Shown here piece by piece: positions 1 through 22,157 of a DNA stretch of 64,000 nt. The position numbers and the translations under genes are program-made. Origin of the DNA: Macrostomum lignano (Eukaryota); assembly GCA_002269645.1 (NCBI GenBank), contig NIVC01002080.1:62001-126000 (forward strand), read 5' to 3'. How positions within the stretch are numbered: position 1 is the first letter of the stretch; every line of letters starts with the position of its first letter. Under the pieces are notes generated by a model. It was not told the origin of the DNA. It saw only the letters and a list, made by a program, of their open reading frames with translations, and made no database searches.

Positions 1-10093
<10,093 letters not shown>

Positions 10094-12674
10094 TTTAGTT
10101 GGTCTAGGAACTTCTTATATAAAAACAAACTGAGTATTTGCGTTTATGATTGCTGCAAATGGATGGGCAAAGTTTTGTCTGGATAAAGACAGCTAAATTT
10201 TGATAAGACTGAAGTATAAAAAACAAAAAAAAATCCCTTTAAACATAAATTTGGCTTTCTAAGTAAAAAATTGATAAAAAATTATAATGCATTGGCAATG
10301 AATATTTTTCTTTAGTCCATTATTGAATAAAATATCTTTAATAAAACTTCTATTTGTTTAGAAGAGATATAAAGATATAAAAAGACTTTAAAGATATATA
10401 TGAATACTTTTTTCAAAAGTTAATACTTTTTAAAAATAATTTATTACCTACTATTGATAATAATTCATAAAAAGCTATTTATATAGCAATATATTTTTAT
10501 TAATCAATATATAGACAGACTCACACACATATATACCTACTAACAGACCATTTTTAGTATATAGAAAAGCTATTTGGACAAATTAACAGATGTTTTTTGA
10601 AAGATATTTTGTAATACAATATAAAAAAGAGTACCCAAATTCTATATTTTTGTTTTTTTTTTCTAATGCAATTTTAATTTTAATACAATGCATTTTCACT
10701 TAGAAAAGACTAAAGACTAAAAGACTAAAAGACTAAAAAATCTAAATTCAATAAAATTCAAGTAAAATTTTTTCCTTACAATGTTAATTTTACTCCATGT
10801 CATTTGCTTCAACAACAAAGCAAGAAAAGCAAAATTTACAAAAAAAAAAACAGAAACCCCCCTTAAAGTTAAATAAAGCCAGAAGCTCAATCCTACTAAA
10901 GCAGTAATAGAGCAAATATTTCAGAATTTGAGCTAAAAATTCTTTGATCTAATCACTGGCGATGTGAGTCATTATTAATTTAACTTTATTAACAATTAAT
11001 TCGGCTAAAAATCGTACAAAAACTAGACCACGAAATCTAAGCGGAAATTTTATAAACTTATCGTTTTGTTTCTATTGTTTATCCCTTTGTAATTGCGCGA
11101 TAATACGCAATATAACAAACAATGCAAACTTTTATTGAAAAGATGACTTATTTGATTAAAATTTAAAAAGTATAATATGAAGTATGCAAGATAATGTCTG
11201 ATGTAATCTTTTACTGCACTTGATAGCAGATTGCGAAAATAAAAATATATTCGTGATTTGTATTTTAACCATCAATGCCAAAAGTACGGTGCATTTTAGT
11301 ATTAATTTAGAGTTACAATGCGATTTACCTTTGTTTCAAAATTTTAATACACGACAACGTTGTTAGTACACTTTATACTAGAAATTCAGAGCAAAGTACA
11401 TGTACATATATGTAGCGTAGGTGCGACTAACCATATGTCCTTAAATATGTCCATATGTCCTGTGTAATATTAATTAAAAGAATATTTTCTTTTTATTCAA
11501 AAACTGTAATACTAATAGCTAATGAAATGAAAAATAATAAAGTTTGCGTACTATAACTAATAAACCTGCGTATACACAGGGAGGTACATGTATGTACATT
11601 AATTATACATGCATGTGTACGCTTGTAAAAGTGCAGATCTGACCATACTACACGTATAAGATTATGAGACGACGAAAGTCAATCGTGATGCTTGCGCTTT
11701 GATCGTCATTGTATTACACGCAATTTGTATAATATGAAGTTCTATGTTATGCACGTAGCTATATTTCATTATATACTTCTAATTAAATGACATGCATGAG
11801 CTGTACAATTTTGAAGATCTTACATGCCAGATATTGTACCAGAAAGATATATACTTGATATTTTTCGATTTTTATAACAGTCACTACTATCATTAGTTTT
11901 TTTGCAAAATTCCTTGTATCGTGTAAAATAAATTCATAAATTAAGCCAGCATGCAGATTTGCGAGCGGACGGCATTATTTTATCTGCTTTTGTAATCTTG
12001 GCACTGGTATACCAGGTTATCTCTATACTGTTCGCTAGATACATTATATATATTCATGTTTACACGACATACTTCTGACGAAGATATTTAAGCACACCAA
12101 AGTATGAGTGTGAGGGGTTTAATTGAAATTAGCTCGTACATGTAACGAGTAATTCGCACACAGCATTTTTATATGCTGTGTAAACGATTAAATATAACAT
12201 AAGGTCTGTTTGATAAAAAAAAACAATAAAAAATATTGATCTTGATGCAAAATTTCAAAGCAATTAAGCTTAACATAAATGATACACTGATCGTACACTG
12301 TCAATTAAAAGGCTGTATTTTTTCCAGGCAATCCATCAAATTGATTTACAAGACTAATCGATATGCACAGACAGCAACATTTCGCACAGAGAAAAAAGCG
12401 AATGATACATCTGTACACGTTTAATCATGCATCCCTATCGTTTCTATCAATAATTATAGCACTGAAAAATGTCATGAGATGCTCAGGTGTACAAATAAAA
12501 ATAAAATTCTCACAGTGAAATTAATATTTGTGACGCAATTATGAATACAGTGAATACAGCTCGCAGCTCGCACAGGCAGTGCATTTTAACTTGTAACTCT
12601 CCACGACGGCGTTCGTTCATCGATCAGAACTAGTAGAAATTCTCCTGGAGCGGTGTGTGCGAGAATAAAATATA

Positions 12675-12836
12675 AAGGGCATGTACACTCTCTGTGCATC
12701 GGTGAGAATGGTACTCAACCGCCCCCGGCCAATCTTCGTGCACACAAACCCCAAATTAATATGGTCGCACAAGGACTCGAACTCGGGGACAATGGTGCGA
12801 GAGCCAGACGCGTTTACCGCTGAGCTGCTCTGGGCC
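12675..12836 (-). mobile_element. tRNA-derived SINE, 5' part
   Basis: On the minus strand: A-box-like agctcagcggtaaa, B-box-like agttcgagtcc, then gtgtgcacgaagattggccggggg and cacagagagtgtacatgcc shared with other copies. Confidence 0.7.
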
Positions 12837-12886
12837 CTTATTTCTTAGCAACTCAAATATATTTCTTCTATCTAGGATATTCATGT

Positions 12887-13397
12887 GCAACTTTGGGAAT
12901 CACCCGGCCGTTTCTATTGGCAACACACACATGTAAGTCGCTATTGGCTGAGAGCAGTCACACCGAAGAGCTTGCGTGCACGGCAGCCGTTCACGTAAGC
13001 TCAGAATTGCGTGCACGGCGGCTATCTACCTAGTGCTTTATTTGCATGTATGCAGCCGTCCACCTAGTGTTGTAATTGCGTGCACGGCAGCCGGAAATTG
13101 GCCGGGACTGGGGCCCTTAAATCCACGCATTGGCATTGGCAAACCTAATTAAAAAATATTTTTACTATATTGTTTTATAATGTTTTATCCCCCGTACACC
13201 ATGGACTGCAAATGTAATCTTAATTCATTGTTTTTTTGTTAACTTGAATATTAATTCGAATAGTATATGACTTACTGTATAAGCCTATAAGATATAGCTC
13301 TGCCGTGCACGCAAGCTCTTCGTTACTTTTCCGTCCAATAGCGACTTACATGTGTGTGTTGCCAATAGAAACGGCCGAGTGAATCTCCCAAGGTTGC
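12887..13397. mobile_element. MITE-like element with ~100-bp terminal inverted repeats
   Basis: ggccgtttctattggcaacacacacatgtaagtcgctattgg (12904-12945) is inverted at 13335-13377; gaagagcttgcgtgcacggca is inverted at 13301-13321. TSD not resolved. Confidence 0.7.
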
Positions 13398-13564
13398 GCC
13401 CAAGCATGATCTAGGAAATTGTCTATAACCAAAGTGCATGCTTTATTCTCTACTTATAGAACACTGTTAACCGTGCGCCACAACCACACGACAGAAGACG
13501 TAATGTAGGCCTAACGTTTATGGTTGACGCGTACACTTAGGCTTTATGTGTTAATAAACCCTGC

Positions 13565-16500
13565 TCAACAATGTATACTTACATCTCCATTGCCGCCTTC
13601 GAACATCATGTTAGAATAGCGCTTAAACGGGTAGGCAAAGCTCGATGTCTGCTGCATTGGTGGCTGCGGCCGCTGCAGACTGCCGCTTCCAGGCTCAGTG
13701 TAGGCGTACGCGTTGTTGACCTCTGGCTGGTCCAGATGCGCCCGAGGTATGCGACCTCGATACTGTGACAAGGACTGAAGTGTTATTGTTGGTTAGGCTG
13801 ATGTTGAGCATTATTGGAAAAGTAACAGATGATAAGATGTCTAAATTGACACGCCCGTATGCGAGATAATGCGCGGCACAAAAAGCAAAACATGTAGCAA
13901 AAATGGCACTCACAGCGTCATTCCGCGAACCGTACGTGGAGACAACAACGGACTCCTGAGGCGAACTGTTATCAGCGATAGTCTTGGCCACTCGCTTTTT
14001 CAACCGTTTCTGACGCCGGTTCATGCACAGCATGCCAGTCACCACGGCGACTATGATGACGAACAGGATTGGCACCACAATCACCAGGGCAAGAACGGCT
14101 GGGCTCAGCTGGACAACAGAGCAGCTGTTTCCAGTGTAGCCAGTGAAGCACTCGCAGGTGAAGTTCTTGCCTGTAACCGTTTTGCAGATGCCGTTTCCTG
14201 AGCAGGAGCTAACAGTGGAATCGCATTGCTGTGTGCAAACTGTGCCCTGGTTGCTGGTGTCGGAGTCCAGGTAGCCTGGGCGGCAGGTGCAATTGTAGCT
14301 GGTGCCCGTTGGGGTGCAGGTGGCGTAAGGCGAGCAGCCAGCCTCACCGGTGGCGCAGAAGTCGTACGCTGAAAGTTAAAGAAGCGGCTTTCTTTTATGC
14401 GAAATTTTCCTATTCAAAGTAAGAAAAGTAGAATGTACGAATCGAGGAAAGTGGCAAGTGCAAGAAAAGGATAGTTGGTGAAGTGGCAGGCAATCGGTAA
14501 AGACAGTTGGTAAAGTGACAGACAATTGGTAAAGACACAGTCGGTAAAGTGACAGGCGATCGGCAAAGACACAGTCGGTAAAGTGACGGGCAATCGGTAA
14601 AGACACAGTCGGTACAAGACCGTATTGCGGTCCCTACGCGTTGCTGTGGTGTTCTCAGCCGAAAAGTTGAACGCGCTGGCGTTGACACTGGAAGCGAACG
14701 CGGTTATTCCGGAATCCACGTCCGAGGCGATGTCGCTAGCCGACATTCCGGGACTGGACGTGTTGGTTCCGACGTCCAGCCTATAGGTAGTGACCACCGA
14801 TCCTGGCTCCAGCTTGACAAGTACGAATTGAAAGAAAGCGCTAGAGAATTGGCGATTCGATGACATCGACAGACAGGCGCGCATCTGAAATTTGAGTAAA
14901 CAATTTTCGTTGGAAAGTGCACACAAATAGACTAGAGTAATAGAAGCTGCTTACATAGAGTTCAAATTTTGCGAAGAAGCTGATCGACGCGGCTGAATCA
15001 ATCTGATTGAAGTCGGTGATAAAAGAAACTCCAACTATTCTATTTCGTGCTGTCACTGTGTTTCTCTCTGAAATCGAGTTGCTATCAATTATAAAATTAC
15101 TGTTTTCAATCACGGAAAACAGAAGTACAAGGTGACGCCTAATGAGGGCCAACCCCCAAGATACAGAGAGTGTACATGCTTGACGATTAGAAGTCAGGGC
15201 CGCTGTACACTGCTTGAGCGTGTGTATGAGTGCGTGCCTGCGAACAAGTATCTGGAGCTTGTACAAGAACTTTCCCTGACTTTCCCTGTACAAGAACTAA
15301 TTTACTAAAGCAAACAATCACTCACTAAGCTGGCATCTATCACCAATAAATTTTGATCCGCAAGAGCATCTCCTGATGCTTCCAATATAAAAGCACGGTC
15401 TGCCATTCTGACAATAGTTGAGCGGACACTGCCCAGCTTCTGTAGTCTGCACGACGCTCAACGGAGGTGTTGTTGACAGTGTTGATAAAGAAGTTGATGG
15501 CTCTGTCACAATGGGACTTGGCTGAGGTCCAGTCGATGCAGGACCTGTTGGCTGCGGTCCAGTCGGTGTAGGACCTGTTGGCTGAGGTCCAGTCGATGCA
15601 GGACCTGTTGGCTGAGGTCCAGTCGATGCAGGACCTGTTGGCTGAGGTCCAGTCGGTGAAGGACCTGTTGGCTGAGGTCCAGTCGGTGTAGGACCTGTTG
15701 GCTGAGGTACAGTCGATGCAGGACCTGTTGGCTGAGGTCCAGTCGGTGTAGGACCTGTTGGCTGAGGTACAGTCGATGCAGGACCTGTTGGCTGAGGTCC
15801 AGTCGATACAGGACTTGTTGGCTGAGGTCCAGTCGATACAGGACCTGTTGGCTGAGGTCCAGTCGGTGTAGGACCTGTTGGCTGAGGTACAGTCGATGCA
15901 GGACCTGTTGGCTGAGGTCCAGTCGATGCAGGACCTGTTGGCTGAGGTCCAGTCGGTGAAGGACCTGTTGGCTGAGGTCCAGTCGATGCAGGACCTGTTG
16001 GCTGAGGTCCAGTCGGTGTAGGACCTGTTGGCTGAGGTACAGTCGATGCAGGACCTGTTGGCTGAGGTCCAGTCGATACAGGACTTGTTGGCTGAGGTCC
16101 AGTCGATACAGGACCTGTTGGCTGAGGTCCAGTCGGTGTAGGACCTGTTGGCTGAGATACAGTTGATGCAGGACCTGTTGGCTGAGGTCCAGTCGGTGTA
16201 GGACCTGTTGGCTGAGGTCCAGTCGATGCAGGACCTGTTGGCTGAGGTCCAGTCGATGCAGGACCTGTTGGCTGAGGTCCAGTCGGTGAAGGACCTGTTG
16301 GCTGAGGTCCAGTCGATGCAGGACCTGTTGGCTGAGGTCCAGTCGGTGTAGGACCTGTTGGCTGAGGTACAGTCGATGCAGGACCTGTTGGCTGAAGAGT
16401 ACTGGATGGAGGAAGAGATCCCATCGGAGGAGTTCCGGATGGAGGTGGAGATCCCATCGGAGGGGTGCCAGAAGGAGGAGGAGATCCCATCGGAGGGGTG

Positions 16501-18817
16501 CCAGAAGGAGGAGGAGATCCCATCGGAGGGGTGCCAGAAGGAGGAGGAGATCCCATCGGAGGGGTGCCAGAAGGAGGAGGAGATCCCATCGGAGGGGTGC
16601 CAGAAGGAGGAGGAGATCCCATCGGAGGAGTGCCAGACGGAGGTGGAGATCCCATCGGAGGGGTGCCGGATGGAGGAGGAGATCCCATCGGAGGGGTGCC
16701 GGACGGAGGTGGAGATCCCATCGGAGGGGTGCCAGACGGAGGTGGAGATCCCATCGGAGGGGTGCCAGACGGAGGTGGAGATCCCATCGGAGGGGTGCCG
16801 GATGGAGGAGGAGATCCCATCGGAGGGGTGCCAGAAGGAGGAGATCCCATCGGAGGGGTGCCGGACGGAGGTGGAGATCCTATCGGAGGGGTGCCAGAAG
16901 GAGGTGGAGATCCCATCGGAGGGGTGCCGGACGGAGGTGGAGATCCCATCGGAGGGGTGCCGGATGGAGGAGGAGATCCCATCTGAGGGGTGCCAGAAGG
17001 AGGAGGAGATCCCATCGGAGGGGTGCCGGATGGAGGAGGAGATCCCATCGAAGGGTGCCGGATGGAGGAGGAGATCCCATCGGAGGGGTGCCAGAAGGAG
17101 GAGGAGATCCCATCGGAGGGGTGCCGGATGGAGGAGGAGATCCCATCGAAGGGGTGCCAGATGGAGGAGGAGATCCCATCGGAGGGGTGCCGGATGGAGG
17201 AGGAGATCCCATCGGAGGGGTGCCGGACGGAGGTGGAGATCCCATCGGAGGGGTGCCAGAAGGAGGAGGAGATCCCATCGGAGGGGTGCCAGAAGGAGGA
17301 GGAGATCCCATCGGAGGGGTGCCAGAAGGAGGAGATCCCATCGGAGGAGTGCCAGACGGAGGAGGAGATCCCATCGGAGGGGTGCCGGACGGAGGTGGAG
17401 ATCCCATCGGAGGGGTGCCGGACGGAGGTGGAGATCCCATCGGAGGGGTGCCGGACGGAGGTGGAGATCCCATCGGAGGGGTGCCGGACGGAGGTGGAGA
17501 TCCCATCGGAGGGGTGCCAGAAGGAGGAGATCCCATCGGAGGGGTGCCGGACGGAGGTGGAGATCCTATCGGAGGGGTGCCAGAAGGAGGTGGAGATCCC
17601 ATCGGAGGGGTGCCGGACGGAGGTGGAGATCCCATCGGAGGGGTGCCGGATGGAGGAGGAGATCCCATCTGAGGGGTGCCAGAAGGAGGAGGAGATCCCA
17701 TCGGAGGGGTGCCGGATGGAGGAGGAGATCCCATCGAAGGGGTGCCGGATGGAGGAGGAGATCCCATCGGAGGGGTGCCAGAAGGAGGAGGAGATCCCAT
17801 CGGAGGGGTGCCGGATGGAGGAGGAGATCCCATCGAAGGGGTGCCAGATGGAGGAGGAGATCCCATCGGAGGGGTGCCGGATGGAGGAGGAGATCCCATC
17901 GGAGGGGTGCCGGACGGAGGTGGAGATCCCATCGGAGGGGTGCCAGAAGGAGGAGGAGATCCCATCGGAGGGGTGCCAGAAGGAGGAGGAGATCCCATCG
18001 GAGGGGTGCCAGAAGGAGGAGATCCCATCGGAGGAGTGCCAGACGGAGGAGGAGATCCCATCGGAGGGGTGCCGGATGGAGGAGGAGATCCCATCGGAGG
18101 GGTGCCAGACGGAGGTGGAGATCCCATCGGAGGGGTGCCAGACGGAGGTGGAGATCCTATCGGAGGGGTGCCAGACGGAGGTGGAGATCCCATCGGAGGG
18201 GTGCCAGGAGGAGGAGATCCCATCGGAGGGGTGCCAGAAGGAGGAGATCCCATCGGAGGGGTGCCAGAAGGAGGAGGAGATCCCATCGGAGGGGTGCCAG
18301 AAGGAGGAGGAGATCCCATCGGAGGAGTGCCAGACGGAGGTGGAGATCCCATCGGAGGGGTGCCGGATGGAGGAGGAGATCCCATCGAAGGGGTGCCGGA
18401 TGGAGGAGGAGATCCCATCGAAGGGGTGCCGGATGGAGGAGGAGATCCCATCGGAGGGGTGCCGGATGGAGGAGGAGATCCCATCGAAGGGGTGCCGGAT
18501 GGAGGAGGAGATCCCATCGAAGGGGTGCCGGATGGAGGAGGAGATCCCATCGAAGGGGTGCCGGATGGAGGAGATCCCATCGAAGGGGTGCCGGATGGAG
18601 GAGATCCCATCGAAGGGGTGCCGGATGGAGGAGGAGATCCTGTCCAAAGAGTGGTTGCTAGCTGTGCGTCTCCTGTAAATGTTAGGGGAGCCACATAAAC
18701 ATTTAGTCTAGTTAACTTTCAGTTAGCTCCTAAATTGGCAGCATTCAAAGTAAAATAAATACCTTGACACAGCAGACAGACGGCAATTATTGCCTGTAGC
18801 AATTTGGGTCTGCCCAT
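13565..18817 (-). CDS. Type I transmembrane mucin: signal peptide, Pro/Ser/Thr tandem repeats, EGF, SEA-like, 2x EGF, TM, Tyr-containing tail (MUC13-like architecture)
   Basis: Exons 18817-18763 ([19 protein letters not shown] signal peptide), 18672-15326 ([11 protein letters not shown] and [10 protein letters not shown] repeats plus EGF; 1-nt frameshift at 17053-17055), 15067-14955, 14884-14638 (SEA-like with EPGSVVTTY), 14368-13914 (two [30 protein letters not shown], stop-transfer RRQKRLKKR), 13762-13565. Phases are all compatible; the last exon end is uncertain (internal GTAAGT). Confidence 0.85.
14460..14620. repeat. ~34-bp intronic minisatellite (ggtaaagacacagtcggtaaagtgacaggcgatc)
   Basis: 4-5 degenerate units in mucin intron 14369-14637. 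Confidence 0.75.
15141..15241 (+). mobile_element. SINE 3' fragment in mucin intron
   Basis: atgagggcc..ccccc..cagagagtgtacatgcttgacgattagaagtcagggccgctgtacac matches the 40.2-kb copy. Confidence 0.75.
15520..16395 (-). repeat. Coding 30-bp VNTR ([10 protein letters not shown]) in mucin
   Basis: About 29 units, in frame with the downstream EGF. Confidence 0.95.
16400..18640 (-). repeat. Coding 30/33-bp VNTR ([11 protein letters not shown]) in mucin, with higher-order duplication
   Basis: About 68 units; marker variants (atctgagg, gatcctatc) recur 686 nt apart. Confidence 0.95.
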
Positions 18818-20921
18818 GCCAGAGGGTGGTGGCTGGTTAGGCTGTCTGTTGAACCTGATTCCTTGTGTATCCTTTTTTAATTCGATAGAATTGTCGGAGC
18901 GGTGAGTCTGAGATGGCGCAGCGTTGAGTTTTTAGACTCGTGCCAGGCATTATTTAATAGAGAGAGGACCCGCCCACTCTGTGGCGAAGCGCCATTTGCT
19001 ATTGCTTGCGCTCCATAGCGACGCTGCATCATAAAGATGGACATGCAGAGTGAGTCATTCTGTTCTTCTATCTCTCTGCATGTGTACACTGAGCTGTGTG
19101 CATTGTGCTCTCAAGTCTAAACCTTTCATTGACACAGAAAAGAAGAGCAGACATCGAGCTGGACTAGACCGTTTGGGGGAGCCGAAAATAAGCTTAGATC
19201 AAATTCTGTGCTCTGCATAACTATACTTTTTAATACAAGCGATTTGGGGTTTTCGAAAGCTAACCAAATGCTAGATTAACAAAGCTTAATAACAATATTG
19301 CTCTTCGAAACTTTTCTTGACATTTTCTAAATTTCTACATGTACATTTTGGTTAGTTGAACACCGACAAGATGTATCCGGCAAGTTCTGACACTTTTAAT
19401 CCCGCGGGAGCAGAATTGGAAGCAGCTGCATACCTCTGATGTCATTTAAGCTGTAACACTGTCTGGCTTTACGATGCTTTAACCAAGGAATTCTTTAATT
19501 AGCAAGACAAGATTGCTAAGTATAGAACTCCTTGCTTTAACCATTTGAAAGCCAGAGGCCTGCACCGCTGCAGGCCATACCGAAACGGCCTAAAGCTCAG
19601 AGCTTCAAAAATGTCCATGGCATCAAAAACCATGTCCCGCATCACTAAAGCAAGTGCTGACTATGGCCGGCACATAGACATGGTTTAAAGAAGTCCATCA
19701 AGTATTTTCATTATGTTTTGACTCAAATGTTTGCTGTCTCTTTCGGGTGCGTAGAATCCATTTGTGGGTAAGGAGGGTTTAAACAGGAACTAGCAGAAAA
19801 GCTCTATACTTCTGGGCTTTTAGGGGTGCACCTGATTCAGTAAGAAAGACAAATTTGTCTATGGCCTTGGCTTTGAAGCGATCTTACAGAACCAAGCTTG
19901 GATGCCTAGAGGTTAATTCAAGCATAAATTTTGAATGAAATGACCAAACGTGTACGAGATTAGAATTGGATTTATTCGAAAGAAGACATTTGCCGCTTTA
20001 AAGTGACATCGAAGGTGGTCTGGACGCAGCTGTTTCCATTTTTGTTCTGGATTAGTGAAGTAAGTAACCAATGTAGCCGCACACCGCCAGCAGCCGCGTC
20101 TTTCACTAGAAATTAATGCGCTTTTTTAAACGCGAGACAGCTACGCGTCTCCACCCGTATGGCTCTCTGCCTTGAGTGCAGAGCATGCAAATAATGATGC
20201 TGAGTTCTTTTACGTTTTCTCTCTCTCTACTCCCTCTCTTGAGAGTAAACTAACCCTATAACATCGTACATGTACATATGTGAGGTATGCACTGACATGG
20301 TTTGAAGCCAGAGTAGACAAATACAAGATAGAAGAGCGAGTGCCATAGCTACATAAAATGTATGCAGCACCAATATATACAAAAAAGGTTGAACTTAAGC
20401 TTTAGATTAATAATGTAGGCCCGCACATTGAAAACGCACAAGATTTCACACAGAATTGAATGTGAAAAACTTTACGAAAACATAGGGGCGCGGAAACGAG
20501 AGGTCCCGGTTGAGGGTGTTTATGGCCAAAAAGTGATTTGATTCAGTGCAAAGCCAGCACGAATATAATGACAACACTTTTTCCCATTAACGCCCTTAAT
20601 TAATTAAAGCATGGGTATTACTACTCGTATTATTGTGCCATAGACATTTGTGTCCTTGACAAAGTGGGACAGAATAATCGGGCGTTAAGTATAAGATATT
20701 CTATGGGTTTGAGGTTGGTGTGTGATTAAATCCCGAGAGCCGAAGGACATACCTTTTCTTACCAGAGACAAAATTTCTCGAGTCACGAAGGATGAGAAGA
20801 GAGAAGCTCGCTTATTTAGATACATGCAATAATCCTTGCAATATGTCCGGGAAAGTGATCGATTAAATCCCGCAAAATAAGATCTATGTCAATAACCTCC
20901 CTGAAAGTGAGCTGAAAGTGG

Positions 20922-21288
20922 TTTAAATGTCATTAACTGCCCGCTAATTTGCATTAAAGTAAGTTTGACATAGACAATCGGGCGTTAAATGTCATTAACT
21001 GCCCGCTTATTTGCATTAAAGTAAGTTTGACATAGGCAATCGGGCGTTAAATGTCATTAACTGCCCGCTTATTTGCATTAAAGTAAGTTTGACATAGGCA
21101 ATCGGGCGTTAAATGTCATTAACTGCCCGCTAATTTGCATTAAAGTAAGTTTGACATAGACAATCGGGCGTTAAATGTCATTAACTGTCCGCTAATTTGC
21201 ATTAAAGTAAGTTTGACATAGACAATCGGGCGTTAAATGTCATTAACTGCCCGCTAATTTGCATTAAAGTAAGTTTGACATAGACAAT
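20922..21288. repeat. 62-bp intergenic tandem repeat
   Basis: About 6 units of gggcgttaaatgtcattaactgcccgctaatttgcattaaagtaagtttgacatagacaatc. Confidence 0.92.
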
Positions 21289-22157
21289 TTGTTCGATATT
21301 TCTTTCCTGCAAGCGGGCTTAAATGTAGTCTATATGGCATTAAAAGGCAAGAATAAGTGCCCAGTGTGCACAAAGGTCATGGTACAATAAACATAGATAA
21401 CATTTGGATGATAGCTATATTTTAATTTGTTTCCGGGTATAGCGATATGCCCGTAGACTCGTTCAAATCGCCATTAAAACCATCAAATATCACGTATCGG
21501 ATGCACGATTGAAGTATGTAAAAATTGGTCCAATTTAATGGCGGTGTAAAAGCTCTATAATTCAATTTTAAACGCGTTTCGTGTCAATTATAATTATTCC
21601 TCAGTGGTGCAATCTATCGCAATAGCGTTAATTTTACAACTGTATTTTGCAAACAACGCCAACGTGAAGCGCGAAGCACTTTAAACGTTTTCTCTACTGA
21701 AACTGCATGTCTTCAAATTTTTATGACAACTATAATTATAGAGATTACAGCTGAAAGCGACGCAAAAAAAACTGTAACTTGTTAGCTAGACTGAACACAA
21801 ACCAATCAACAAAAGCTGCAATTAACAAGACAAACCGAGTTAAAATAGAGCGTCCATTTTTGTATACAAAGACCGATCTATATAATATAACACTGCCTTC
21901 ACCGTGAAATTCAAAAGTCCGCGCTCGATCCTATCTCTAAAGACTAGCCATTAGCCCTGATTAACACATATAGCTCGTAACTCGTAAATCCAAGAGTCTT
22001 CTTGCGTTGCCAGCTACGCAGATTCCCACGCCAGCAATTGACAGAGAAACTGAAGTATATTGCGGATTTAATTAATATATTTACTAAATTCCAAGGCTCG
22101 CTTTCACAAGCCCTAAATTTAACAACGTCGCAAGACAAACTTTCATAAGCTCTAAAT

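Noticed and set aside
15318-18647. [10 protein letters not shown] frame as the true N-terminal mucin sequence
   Set aside because: The signal-peptide exon splices in phase 1 into the [11 protein letters not shown] frame; the apparent fusion arises from the 1-nt deletion at 17053-17055.
16358-18698. Long plus-strand ORFs ([28 protein letters not shown])
   Set aside because: Antisense read-through of the mucin VNTR; the minus-strand frame links to a signal peptide and EGF/SEA/TM exons.
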